Shown piece after piece: positions 1-8,796 of a DNA stretch of 64,000 nucleotides. Position numbers and translations under genes: made by a program. The number at the start of each line of letters is the position of its first letter. The stretch's first letter is position 1. Source of the DNA: an uncultured Desulfobacteraceae bacterium. Lineage in GTDB: Bacteria > Desulfobacterota > Desulfobacteria > Desulfobacterales > UBA2174. Location of the stretch: positions 75-64,074 of the forward strand of contig CALJLV010000065.1 in assembly GCA_937982505.1 (NCBI GenBank), in the 5' to 3' direction. Under the pieces are notes generated by a model. The model worked only from the letters and a program-made list of their open reading frames with translations. It was not told where the DNA came from and searched no databases.

Positions 1-627
1 TGCGTGCTGGCCGGGTGCATTATGCCGAAGGAGAACGTCTCGACAGAGAACATCCAGGACAAGCAGATTCCCTACTGCACGGCCATCAACATTCCGGTTT
101 TCTACCTTCCCGGAGTCAGCCGGCAGGACCTGCGGGCCGTGGAAAGTTGCCCGGAGCCTCTGAAACCCTTGGCGGAGCTGCAATACCGCGGGGTGATCTG
201 GTCCCAGATCAATGCCAGGGACTGGACCGTGCTGGCCTTCCTCAAGTCCGATCAAGGCGGGCTGGGCCTGGATGTGGCCCAGGACAACGAAGCCAAGAAC
301 GCCATGCAGTTGGCCGTCAATCGGATCTTGGACGAAGATGTGGATCTGCTCCAGGGCCGATACCTGGACAAGGACTATTTCAACCTGAAATCAGAGTTTC
401 TGTTTAATTATAGCGTTACCGGGCGGCACTATACCAAAAACATCAACCGCGACCTTTGGAATCCGGCCTGTAAAGCTGCGGGCATCCGGATCAACCTTTA
501 CAACGCGACCCGGCATTCGTTTGCCAACCAACTGATAGCCGCCGGCACGGACCTGCTGGCCGTATCGCGGCGACTGGGGCATTCGAGTGTGCGGGTGACT
601 GAGCAGAATTACCTGGCGGGAGGGTGA
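1..627 (+). CDS. Tyrosine recombinase (phage/island-type integrase), C-terminal portion; 5' end lies outside the window
   Basis: Frame is open from base 1 (ORF track 4..627). Translation ends with tyrosine-recombinase catalytic-domain signatures ...LYNATRHSFANQLIAAG... and ...LGHSSVRVTEQNYL (His/Arg box, box II His and catalytic Tyr). Stop codon is 75 nt from the 3' end of tRNA-Ser. Confidence 0.7.
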   Translation, partial: CVLAGCIMPKENVSTENIQDKQIPYCTAINIPVFYLPGVSRQDLRAVESCPEPLKPLAELQYRGVIWSQINARDWTVLAFLKSDQGGLGLDVAQDNEAKNAMQLAVNRILDEDVDLLQGRYLDKDYFNLKSEFLFNYSVTGRHYTKNINRDLWNPACKAAGIRINLYNATRHSFANQLIAAGTDLLAVSRRLGHSSVRVTEQNYLAGG

Positions 628-643
628 AATGGAGTCCGGTTCT

Positions 644-687
644 ATTTCAACTTCATTTCAAGTCATTTCAGCATAATTGATATTGAT
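644..687. repeat. Phased short direct repeats in the AT-rich integrase-tRNA spacer (ATTTCA x3 at 644, 655, 665; tandem ATTGAT x2 at 676-687)
   Basis: Read directly: ctATTTCAActtcATTTCAAgtcATTTCAgcataATTGATATTGATtttattgg. The 10-11 nt spacing is about one helical turn. Confidence 0.6.
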
Positions 688-701
688 TTTATTGGAAATA
701 A

Positions 702-795
702 TGGCGGAGAGGGTGGGATTCGAACCCACGATCCCGGTTTCAGCCAGGATACCGCTTTTCGAGAGCGGGGCCTTCAGCCACTCGGCCACCTCTCC
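702..795 (-). tRNA. tRNA-Ser (anticodon CGA), CCA encoded
   Basis: Reverse complement folds as a cloverleaf. Acceptor GGAGAGG/CCTCTCC, discriminator G plus CCA. D arm GCC..GGC. Anticodon stem CCGCT/AGCGG with loop CTCGAAA (anticodon CGA). Long variable arm TCCTGG-ctgaaa-CCGGGA. T arm GTGGG-TTCGAAT-CCCAC. 94 nt, class II tRNA. Confidence 0.92.
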
Positions 796-818
796 GCATC
801 TTTCCTGATCGGGACCCG

Positions 819-848
819 ACCATAACCGCTCTGGACCGGCCCTGTCAA
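819..848 (-). promoter_or_regulatory. Candidate sigma-70 promoter for tRNA-Ser (TTGACA-18-TATGGT)
   Basis: On the minus strand, TTGACA (843-848), an 18-nt spacer and TATGGT (819-824) lie about 24 nt upstream of the mature tRNA 5' end. The -35 sits inside a 6-bp palindrome CCTGTC-aaga-GACAGG (841-856). Confidence 0.45.
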
Positions 849-968
849 GAGACAGGCTGCCGGATCACCGCAAGCCTTGCCGTGACGGATTCGATCCGCG
901 ATCCGGGCGGCGTGACCATCATCGTCCGGGGTCACGAACTGCGGCGGCGTCCTGCCCATGACGGGCCG

Positions 969-997
969 TTGACTTCCCTAACCGCTTTCCATATAAG
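969..997 (+). promoter_or_regulatory. Candidate sigma-70 promoter for the CHASE2 cyclase gene (TTGACT-17-TATAAG)
   Basis: TTGACT at 969-974, exact 17-nt spacer, TATAAG at 992-997, 40-70 nt upstream of the two candidate start codons. Confidence 0.55.
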
Positions 998-1038
998 CCT
1001 AAATCGACGGACCGGACCTCTCCTCGCGCCTGCCATCG

Positions 1039-3309
1039 ATGGCGCCACCCCTTTGCGAGGCCCCCATGCGCCGGCGTTTGACGCTCAACCCGCTCCTGCT
1101 GACCATCATCGCCATCCTTGCGGGGATGACGGCCTACCTGATCCATATCCCCTTCATCGAGGAGATCGAACTGCGCACCGTGGACCTGCGCTTTCGCACC
1201 CGGGGCCTGCTTTCCCCCCAGCCGAAGGTGGTCCTGGCGGTGGTGGACGAAAAGAGCATCAGCCAGGAGGGCAAGTGGGTCTGGCCCCGGGAAAAATTCA
1301 CGCACCTGGTGAACCGGCTCTCCGCGGCCGGAGCCCGGGTGGTGGCCTTCGATATCGGCTTTTTGGAGGAAAGCGGCCGCGATCTGCTGAAAACGATCAC
1401 CGAGATTCAGCAGGCCGTCCGTGACCTGGCGCCCCAAAGCCAGGCCCTGGACAGGTACCTGGCGGATCTCGGCCGCGAGGCCCACAGCGACCTGCAGCTG
1501 GCCCAGGCCGTCGCCGCCTCGCGTGCCCGCATCGTGCTGGGCTATTTCTTTCACATGGACCGGCGGGAGCTGCCCCATCTGACCGAAGCCGATCTCCAGG
1601 CCCGCCGCAATCGCGTGCGTCAGGGAGTTTACCCCATGGTGCGCTACGCCTCCGCGCAAGCTCAGCACCTGCCCCTCATCGAGGCCGTGGTGCCCCAAAG
1701 CAACGTCTCGCCCATCGCCGAAGCGGCTCCCCATGCGGGCTTTTTCAACATGTTCCCCGACCCGGACGGCGTAGTGCGCTGGATCCCAGCGGTGGTCAAA
1801 TACGGCGACGCCCTCTACGCCCCGCTCTCCGTCATGGCCGCCAGCGCCTATACCGGCCATCCTTTGTCGGTGGCGGTGGAGGAATACGGCGTCGAATCGG
1901 TGCGCCTCGGCCCGTCACGACTTCCCACGGATGAACTGGGCCGCCTGCTGATCAACTACCGCGGACCGGCGCGAACCTTTCCCCACATTCCCATCACCGA
2001 CATCCTCAACGACCGGGTCCCGCCCGAGGCCTTGGCGGACAAGATCGTGCTGGTGGGCGCCACGGCCGTGGGCATCTACGACCTGCGGGTCACCCCTTTC
2101 GGCAGCGTCTTTCCCGGGGTGGAAATCCATGCCAACGTCCTGGACAGCATCCTTTCCGGGGACTTCCTGCAGCAGCCGAGCTGGGCGGCCGTCTTCGATC
2201 TGGCCGCCATGCTCCTCATGGGCCTTGCCGTCTGGTGGGTCCACGGACGCACCGGAGTGGTGCTCAGCGCCATGACGGCCATCGGGCTCTTTGCCGCCCA
2301 TATCGCCCTGTGCCAGCACCTCTTTGCCTCCCAGGGCTGGATCCTGGCCATGGTCTACCCCCTGCTGGTGCTGCTCTTGTCCTACGTCAGCATCACGGCC
2401 TTCAAGTACATCCTCGAATCGCGCCAGAAAAAATTCATCCGAGACGCCTTTTCCACCTATCTGGCCCCGTCGGTGGTCAAACAGCTCATCGAGGCCCCCG
2501 AGCGTCTCGTGCTGGGGGGCGAGGAGCGCCAAATCACGGCCTTCTTTTCCGATCTGCAAGGCTTCACGAGCATTTCCGAACGGCTCCAGGCCACCGAACT
2601 GGTGGAACTGCTCAACGAGTTTCTCACCGAGATGACCGATATCATCCTGGCCCACGAGGGAACGGTGGACAAGTTCGAGGGCGACGCCATCATCGCCTTC
2701 TTCGGCGCTCCCAACGACATGCCCGACCATGCGGCGGTGGCCTGCCGCGCCTGCATCCAGATGCAGCGGCGCCTGGCACAGCTGCGCGCCGCCTGGCAGG
2801 CCCGGGGCAAGCCGGAACTCAGGATGCGCATCGGGTTGAACAGCGGCACGGCGGTGGTGGGCAACATGGGCTCCAAGCAGCGCATGGACTATACGATGAT
2901 GGGCGACAGCGTCAACACGGCCGCCCGCCTGGAAGGGGTCAACAAGGTCTACGGGACCTACACCCTGATCAGCGCTTCGACCTTCCAGGACGCCAAAGAA
3001 CAGATCGTGGCCCGGGAACTGGACGCCATTAACGTGGTGGGCAAGAACGAACCGGTGGCGGTCTACGAACTGATCGGCGAAGCCGGCCAGGCCTCTCCGG
3101 CGGTGGTCCAACTGATCGAGGTCTACGCCAGTGGGCTGGAGGCCTACCGGCGGCGAGACTGGCAGGAGGCCCGGGAGTTTTTCAACCAGGCCCTGGCCCT
3201 GGCCCCCGAGGACCGGGCCAGCCGCGTGATGATCGAACGCTGCCGCCAGTACGAACAGATTCCGCCGCCGGAGGGCTGGAACGGCGCCTACAGCATGACC
3301 ACCAAGTAG
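1039..3309 (+). CDS. CHASE2 sensor-domain class III adenylate/guanylate cyclase with C-terminal TPR-like tail
   Basis: ORF track 756 aa. N-terminal TM, then a large extracytoplasmic region, then a cluster of TM helices (CHASE2 layout). The cyclase catalytic domain follows: FFSDLQGFTSISE, GDAIIAFFGAP, GLNSGTAVVGNMGS, YTMMGDSVNTAARLE. An alternative start at ATG 1066 (MRRRLTLNPLL...) is equally plausible. Confidence 0.85.
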   Translation: MAPPLCEAPMRRRLTLNPLLLTIIAILAGMTAYLIHIPFIEEIELRTVDLRFRTRGLLSPQPKVVLAVVDEKSISQEGKWVWPREKFTHLVNRLSAAGARVVAFDIGFLEESGRDLLKTITEIQQAVRDLAPQSQALDRYLADLGREAHSDLQLAQAVAASRARIVLGYFFHMDRRELPHLTEADLQARRNRVRQGVYPMVRYASAQAQHLPLIEAVVPQSNVSPIAEAAPHAGFFNMFPDPDGVVRWIPAVVKYGDALYAPLSVMAASAYTGHPLSVAVEEYGVESVRLGPSRLPTDELGRLLINYRGPARTFPHIPITDILNDRVPPEALADKIVLVGATAVGIYDLRVTPFGSVFPGVEIHANVLDSILSGDFLQQPSWAAVFDLAAMLLMGLAVWWVHGRTGVVLSAMTAIGLFAAHIALCQHLFASQGWILAMVYPLLVLLLSYVSITAFKYILESRQKKFIRDAFSTYLAPSVVKQLIEAPERLVLGGEERQITAFFSDLQGFTSISERLQATELVELLNEFLTEMTDIILAHEGTVDKFEGDAIIAFFGAPNDMPDHAAVACRACIQMQRRLAQLRAAWQARGKPELRMRIGLNSGTAVVGNMGSKQRMDYTMMGDSVNTAARLEGVNKVYGTYTLISASTFQDAKEQIVARELDAINVVGKNEPVAVYELIGEAGQASPAVVQLIEVYASGLEAYRRRDWQEAREFFNQALALAPEDRASRVMIERCRQYEQIPPPEGWNGAYSMTTK

Positions 3310-3316
3310 CGCGGGG

Positions 3317-4378
3317 TCAGCTGTAGATGAAGTTCAGGGGCAGGGGCGGGTACTTCCATACCCCCGGCTTGGGCAGCAGGTGCTGGGCGCTGACGCTGAG
3401 CCAGTTCAGGTCGGGCTTCACGTCGCGCAAACGCCCGTCTTCCGGGGGCCGGGCATGGTCGGTGTAGGCGTAGCTGACCTGAAAGATGCACAGGTTGGCC
3501 TTGCCGCGGTGGACCAGCACGTAGTTCTTGCGGAAAGTGCGCGGCGCCATGGTGTGCATGGCGGCGATCTGCTCGATCTCGGCGTCGGAGAGCCGGAGCA
3601 GAACCGCCTTGGAGGTTCCGCGTTCGCTGATACGGATCAATGAGCGGGACTCGCTGCTGCCCACATAAACGGTGCTGATGCACGGCAGGCGCTTGAGATA
3701 CTGGGCCGCCACGATGGCCGCCGTGCGCCGTCCGCCCACCATGATGGGCACTCCGTAGTATTCAAAAAACTTCTTTTGCAGATCCTCGGCGCATTTTTCG
3801 CCCTTCTCGTAAAGATCTTTGCTGATGTAGCGCAAACTGCGCGCCAGATCCTCGGCGGCCTCGGCGATGGGCCAGTCGATACGCACGTGGAAATGGCTCA
3901 GGATGTAGCGGTCGCGCACATGGGAGGCCGGATCGCGCTGGATGAGCAGGGCATAGTCCACCGGCAGCAGGGCCTGGATGAAGTCGTAGAAGCGGGCGTT
4001 GTCCAGGGATTTCTGATGGCGGTCGAAGGGCCCCTCCAGGCACAGGGGGCCGCCCTGGATCAGATTGGTCTTGGTGGTTTTGTTGACGTCGAAAAAGCGG
4101 ATGTACTTCTTGTGCACCGCCGGGAGGCTGTCCTCGATGAAAATCACCAGAAAGGCGTTGTGGCATTCGTACTCCTGGCCCGGAATCCGCGCCCTGGGCT
4201 TGAGCTCGCGCTTTTCCACGAAGGGATACGGCAGGCTGCGATCGACAAACTGCTCGTAGGACTGCAGCAGGGCATGGGAGAGGATGAACTGATCCAGATC
4301 ATCCCGCAACAGTTCGTAGTAGGACCGGCGCAGGCGGTTGGCCCGGCTCAGTTCTTCCCGAACACTCCAGTACGCCAC
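3317..4378 (-). CDS. Hypothetical protein, 353 aa, no family recognised
   Basis: ORF track 3317..4447. I prefer GTG 4378 because AAGGAGG lies 7 nt upstream of it (ATGCATCAAGGAGGAAACCACGTG). The upstream ATGs (4447, 4399) lack an SD. Third codon positions are GC-rich and the composition is not low-complexity. No TM segment or signal peptide is evident. Confidence 0.6.
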   Translation of the reverse strand: MAYWSVREELSRANRLRRSYYELLRDDLDQFILSHALLQSYEQFVDRSLPYPFVEKRELKPRARIPGQEYECHNAFLVIFIEDSLPAVHKKYIRFFDVNKTTKTNLIQGGPLCLEGPFDRHQKSLDNARFYDFIQALLPVDYALLIQRDPASHVRDRYILSHFHVRIDWPIAEAAEDLARSLRYISKDLYEKGEKCAEDLQKKFFEYYGVPIMVGGRRTAAIVAAQYLKRLPCISTVYVGSSESRSLIRISERGTSKAVLLRLSDAEIEQIAAMHTMAPRTFRKNYVLVHRGKANLCIFQVSYAYTDHARPPEDGRLRDVKPDLNWLSVSAQHLLPKPGVWKYPPLPLNFIYS

Positions 4379-4511
4379 GTGGTTTCCTCCTTGATGCATT
4401 GTCAAGGGATGGCGCCGCGCTCGACGACCGCCCCCTGGGTGTAGCATTCCGCTGAAAGCGGGTCAACTTATTGCAATGGCGGAAACTTTCAGGCCGGGGG
4501 GCAAGAGCCCC

Positions 4512-5291
4512 TCAGTCCTCTGCTGGCCTCTGGGAGACCTCATCCGTCGCACCGGCGGCCCGATCCGTCCCCATCCGCGCCAGCCGGCGCTGCCACCGGT
4601 CACGCCGGCGATAGGCCAGCAGCAGCCCCAGCCCGCACACCAGGGTCACGGCCCCGAAGATGACAAAATTGCCATCGGCCAGCGAATCGCCCTGAAGGCT
4701 GAGCAAAAAGGTTCCGGGCATGCGGCCGACGGCCGCCACGGGCAGCAGGACCCGCAGCGGCAGCCGGCTCAGGCCCAGAAACAGGCAGAGATAGTCTTTG
4801 GGAAACCCGGGCAGGACGAAGAGGGCCAGCGCCGCCAGGAGCCCCTTGTCCTGCATCAGCGCATCGAAGCGGGCCAGGTGATGGCCGGCCACCACACGGC
4901 GCACGAATCCACGGCCCAGAAGGCGGCCCAAGGCCAGATTGATCCAGGAGCCGATGGTCAGGCCGACGGTGCTGTAGGCGAACCCCGCCCCCGTGCCGAA
5001 AAGGAGGCCGCCCACAAAGCCGGTGGCCTCGCCGGGAACCGGCGCCAGGATCACCTGGGCGATCTGCAGCAGGATGAAGACCAGCGGTGCCCGGGTCCCT
5101 TGGTCCGCCACCCAGTGGGCCATCCGCTGGGGGCTGACCATCAGTGCGTAGCCGGCACTGCCCAGGCGGCTCAGGGAGTCGCGCCAGACCCAGGCCAAAA
5201 GGCCCCCCGCCCCTGCCAGAAGCAGGAGCAGGACCAGCGTCCGCCAAGGAATGTGGAAACGCCGCTGCGGGCCCGTCGCCGCAGGCCTCAT
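4512..5291 (-). CDS. TVP38/TMEM64 (DedA/SNARE-associated-like) family membrane protein
   Basis: 259 aa, multi-TM. Motifs typical of the family: ...ILAPVPGEATGFVGGLLFG... and ...VLPGFPKDYLCLFLGLS... Confidence 0.75.
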   Translation of the reverse strand: MRPAATGPQRRFHIPWRTLVLLLLLAGAGGLLAWVWRDSLSRLGSAGYALMVSPQRMAHWVADQGTRAPLVFILLQIAQVILAPVPGEATGFVGGLLFGTGAGFAYSTVGLTIGSWINLALGRLLGRGFVRRVVAGHHLARFDALMQDKGLLAALALFVLPGFPKDYLCLFLGLSRLPLRVLLPVAAVGRMPGTFLLSLQGDSLADGNFVIFGAVTLVCGLGLLLAYRRRDRWQRRLARMGTDRAAGATDEVSQRPAED

Positions 5292-5369
5292 GGCGCATCT
5301 ACCCCTGGGGCGGCGGAGCTTGCCCGGATCGCTGCGTTCCGGCCGGCCCGGAGACCGGTTCCGGCTGGC

Positions 5370-6545
5370 CTATCCCAGCGCATCCACCGCCGGCAGACGC
5401 TTGCCTTCCAGAAGCTGCAGAAAGGCCCCGCCTCCAGTGGAGATGTAGGTGATGCGATCGGCCTCCCCGCTCTTGTGAAGCGCCACGTCCGTATCTCCGC
5501 CGCCTACGATGGTCAGGGCATGGGAGCCGGCCACGCTGTGCACCATGGCCATGGTCCCGCGGCTGAAGGCGTCCATCTCGAAAACGCCCATGGGACCGTT
5601 CCAGACCACGGTCTTGGCGTCGTAGAGCGCCTGGTTGAAGAGCAAGGCCGTGGCCGGCCCGATGTCCAGGGCCATCCATTCCGGCGGAATTTCCTGGATG
5701 GGCACGATCTTGATCTGGGCCTTGGGATCGAAGCGGTCGGCCACCACCGCGTCCACCGGCAGGTAGAATTTGACCCCCCGTTCCATGGCCTGGCGCATGA
5801 TGTGCCCGGCGGTCTCCACCAGATCCGCCTCAACCATCGATCGGCCCAGGGGATAACCGCTGCTGCGCAGGAAGGTGTTGGCCATGGCCCCGCCGATGAT
5901 GAACTTGTCCACGTGGCGCAGCATGTTCTCCAGGGCCGCGAGCTTGCTGGAGACCTTGGCCCCGCCCACGATGGCCACCAGGGGCCGCTGGGGGTCCTCC
6001 ATGGCACGCCGGAAATAGTCCAGCTCGCGCTGGAGCAGGAACCCGGCGGCGCAGGCCGGCACATGGCGAGTGATGGCCACCACCGAGGCGTTCTTGCGGT
6101 GGCTCACGGCAAAGGCGTCGTTGATGTAGACATCGCAGAGGGTGGCCAGGGCGCGGGCGAAGTCGTCCTGGTTGTCGGTTTCGGCCTTGTGGAAGCGCAG
6201 GTTCTCCAGCAGGAGCACCTCCCCCGGAGCCATGGCGGCGACCATGGCCTCCACCTGGGCTCCAACACAGTCGGGGGCCATGGCCACCTCCTGCTGCAGC
6301 AGTCGCCCCAGCCGCCTGGCCACCTGCGCCAGACTCATTTCGGCCACCGCTTGGCCCTTGGGGCGCCCCAGGTGAGAGGCCACGATCACCCGCGCCCGCC
6401 GATCCAGCGCGTAGTTGATGCTGGGCAGCACGGCCCGGATGCGGGTATCATCGGTAATGTTCTGCTGCGCATCCAGGGGTACGTTGAAATCCACCCGGAA
6501 CAGCACCCGTTTGCCTTCGAGGTCGATCTCCTTGATGGTCTTCAT
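5370..6545 (-). CDS. pgk: Phosphoglycerate kinase
   Basis: Translation [25 protein letters not shown]... and full-length similarity to Pgk. Start trimmed from ORF-track 6581 to ATG 6545. Confidence 0.95.
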   Translation of the reverse strand: MKTIKEIDLEGKRVLFRVDFNVPLDAQQNITDDTRIRAVLPSINYALDRRARVIVASHLGRPKGQAVAEMSLAQVARRLGRLLQQEVAMAPDCVGAQVEAMVAAMAPGEVLLLENLRFHKAETDNQDDFARALATLCDVYINDAFAVSHRKNASVVAITRHVPACAAGFLLQRELDYFRRAMEDPQRPLVAIVGGAKVSSKLAALENMLRHVDKFIIGGAMANTFLRSSGYPLGRSMVEADLVETAGHIMRQAMERGVKFYLPVDAVVADRFDPKAQIKIVPIQEIPPEWMALDIGPATALLFNQALYDAKTVVWNGPMGVFEMDAFSRGTMAMVHSVAGSHALTIVGGGDTDVALHKSGEADRITYISTGGGAFLQLLEGKRLPAVDALG

Positions 6546-6600
6546 GAAACCCTCCTGCAGGGTTGATGATGAAAAGGCCACGCGCCCCGGGGGGCTGCGA

Positions 6601-6876
6601 TCACTTGCCCCGCTGCCGGGCCCGCCGGTCGAGCTGTTTCTTGCGCGACCAGCGGCCCAGGAAGCCGACCATCCCGGCCGCCTCGGCGCGGCGCAGATGC
6701 TCCTGGCGCACCTGGTCGCCGTCCGGTCCGGCCATGGCCTGGCGCAGGCATTCGGTCTTGCAGAAGCAGACCATGCACGACTCGGGGGTGGCCCTCAGCC
6801 CGTCCGGTCCCATGGGAAAAACCGTATCCAGGCGGCCGAAGCAGTAGGGTCGGCTATCGGGTCTGGTCGCTTTCAT
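6601..6876 (-). CDS. Small Cys-containing protein with basic C-terminal tail (91 aa), function unknown
   Basis: Within ORF 6601..6942. ATG 6876 is preceded by GAGGAA at 7 nt. GC-rich third positions. Sequence [43 protein letters not shown]...[17 protein letters not shown]. Confidence 0.55.
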   Translation of the reverse strand: MKATRPDSRPYCFGRLDTVFPMGPDGLRATPESCMVCFCKTECLRQAMAGPDGDQVRQEHLRRAEAAGMVGFLGRWSRKKQLDRRARQRGK

Positions 6877-6952
6877 CGAAAAGTTCCTCGGCCTCACTGG
6901 ATAAACGGCGACGACTTGACGCCTCGGCCCTGGCAATCCCACGTCTGCCCCT

Positions 6953-7705
6953 TCACCCCTCCGCCATGGTGGCCTCGAACCGACGGTTCATGGCCGCGAT
7001 CCGTCCCTGATCGGCGAAACTGTAATACCGATTGGCGCCCACCACCAGATGTTCGTGCACGGTGATGCCCACCGCCCGGCAGGCAAAGACCAGCCGGCGC
7101 GTCAGGGCCACATCGTCGGCCGAAGGGGCCGGATCCCCCGAGGGATGGTTGTGGGCGAAGATCAGGGCCGCCGCCCGCCGCTCCAGGGCCGCCTGGATCA
7201 CCTCCCGGGGATAGACCGCACTGGCGGTCAGCGAGCCCTCGGAAAGGGTGGCGGTGTCCAGGACCCGGTTCTTGGCGTCCAGAAAGAGGGCCACGAAGCG
7301 CTCCCGGGCCAGATCCCGCAGGGTGTGGTAGAGAAAGTCGAACAGGGCCCGCGAGTCATTGAGCACCGGCCGGTCGATGAGCCGCTCGGAGAGGTAGCGG
7401 TCCGCCACCGCCTTGACCAGGCGCAGGGCAATGGCGTTGTGGGACCCGATGCCGGCCACCTGGGCCAGGGCCTCGGGCGGCGCCTCGAAAACGGCCGGCA
7501 ACGACTTGAAATGGGCCATGGCGGCCTTGGCCGCCGGCTTGCAGTCCTTCTGAGGGGTGCCCAGGGTCAGGAGCAGCTCAATGATTTCATAGTCGTGAAA
7601 GCCCTCCAGACCGCCTTTGAGAAACCGCTCCCGCAGCCGGCGGCGATGGCCCCGGACGCTTTCCGGTGCCGTGGCGGCAGAGGCAGGGTCGCATGGGGTC
7701 TTCAT
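6953..7705 (-). CDS. radC: RadC-family JAB/MPN domain protein
   Basis: 250 aa. N-terminal HhH-like region (HDYEIIELLL) and C-terminal JAB motif FAHNHPSGDPAPSADD. Confidence 0.85.
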   Translation of the reverse strand: MKTPCDPASAATAPESVRGHRRRLRERFLKGGLEGFHDYEIIELLLTLGTPQKDCKPAAKAAMAHFKSLPAVFEAPPEALAQVAGIGSHNAIALRLVKAVADRYLSERLIDRPVLNDSRALFDFLYHTLRDLARERFVALFLDAKNRVLDTATLSEGSLTASAVYPREVIQAALERRAAALIFAHNHPSGDPAPSADDVALTRRLVFACRAVGITVHEHLVVGANRYYSFADQGRIAAMNRRFEATMAEG

Positions 7706-7720
7706 GGCGGCCTCCTTTCG

Positions 7721-8767
7721 TCAATCGCCCGTCGCCAATCCCTTCTCGTGGAGCTCATCCTTCAAATCGCGGGTCATGAGCCGCTGTACCCCTTCCACCG
7801 GGGAGGTCGCCTCGTAAAGAATCCGGTAGATCTCCTCACAAATGGGCATTTCCACCCCCAACCGCCGGGACAGGTGATGGACCGAGGCGGCGGTCTTGAC
7901 CCCTTCGGCCACCATGCGCATCTCGGCCAAAATGGCCTCCAGGCTGTTGCCCTGGCCCAGCTTGACGCCCACGGTATGATTGCGGCTCAAGGCCCCGGTG
8001 CAGGTCAGCACCAGGTCGCCCATCCCGGCCAGCCCGGCGAAGGTGAAGGGGTTGGCGCCCATGGCCAGGCCCAGGCGCCGGATCTCGGTCAACCCGCGGG
8101 TGATCAGGGCGGCCCGGGTGTTGAGCCCCAGTCCCAGGCCGTCCACCACACCGGCGGCGATGGCGATGACGTTCTTGACCGCCCCGCCCAGTTCGACACC
8201 GATCACGTCCTCGTTGGTATAGACCCGGAACCACGGCGCGGCGAAGACGCGCTGGACGTACTCGGCCACCTCCGACCGGCGGGCCGCAGCGGTGACCACG
8301 GTGGGCACGCGGCGCGCCACCTCCCGGGCGAAACTCGGCCCGGACAGAACCGCCAGCCGCTGGGGATCTCCCAGGGTTTGCGCCAGAATCCCGGTCATGG
8401 TGAGCTGGGTCTGGGTTTCGATTCCCTTGGAGGCCGACACCACGATGGTGGCGGCTCCAAGCCGGCCGCGGAGCTTCTCGGTGGTGGCGCGCATCACATG
8501 GGAGGGCACCACCAGGACCACCAGGTCTTTGCCGGCCACCACCGCCCCCAGGTCCGTATCAGGAACGATTCCCGCGCAAAGGGGACAGCCCGGCAGGTAG
8601 AGCCGGTTTTCCCGGTCGGCGCGGATCTGTTGGCAGACCTCGGGTTCGAAAGTCCAGAGGTGGACCCGGTAGCCCTTGTCCGCCAGCAGCTGGGCCAGGG
8701 CTGTACCCCAGCTCCCGGCCCCCACCACCGCGATGTGGGCCTGGTCGAAGGATCGACGCTCGGTCAT
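7721..8767 (-). CDS. gpsA: NAD(P)H-dependent glycerol-3-phosphate dehydrogenase
   Basis: Rossmann motif IAVVGAGSWGTALA and GpsA-like body. ATG 8767 is preceded by GGGGAG at 7 nt. The ORF-track GTG 8800 would overlap the gyrA stop. Confidence 0.9.
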   Translation of the reverse strand: MTERRSFDQAHIAVVGAGSWGTALAQLLADKGYRVHLWTFEPEVCQQIRADRENRLYLPGCPLCAGIVPDTDLGAVVAGKDLVVLVVPSHVMRATTEKLRGRLGAATIVVSASKGIETQTQLTMTGILAQTLGDPQRLAVLSGPSFAREVARRVPTVVTAAARRSEVAEYVQRVFAAPWFRVYTNEDVIGVELGGAVKNVIAIAAGVVDGLGLGLNTRAALITRGLTEIRRLGLAMGANPFTFAGLAGMGDLVLTCTGALSRNHTVGVKLGQGNSLEAILAEMRMVAEGVKTAASVHHLSRRLGVEMPICEEIYRILYEATSPVEGVQRLMTRDLKDELHEKGLATGD

Positions 8768-8796
8768 GGAAGGACTCCCCTGCGTTCTGCGCGCGG

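Noticed and set aside
1039-4378. Cyclase plus adjacent unknown protein as a Pycsar/CBASS-like cyclic-nucleotide defence pair
   Set aside because: The cyclase is a membrane CHASE2 sensor type rather than a compact defence cyclase. The two genes are convergent, not co-transcribed. The unknown protein has no TM, TIR, nuclease or patatin-like features that I can see.
4460-4475. GGGTCAACTTATTGCA resembles a sigma-54 -24/-12 element (GG-N10-GC, perfect TTGCA)
   Set aside because: It is on the plus strand with no plus-strand gene downstream (only antisense artefact ORFs). The -24 box is also poor (GGTCAA versus TGGCAC).
4476-6566. 696-aa plus-strand ORF spanning the pgk and TVP38 genes
   Set aside because: It is antisense to two well-supported genes. 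Its translation is Gly/Arg/Pro/Ala/His/Gln-rich low-complexity sequence with no motifs. Long stop-free antisense frames are expected in GC-rich DNA.
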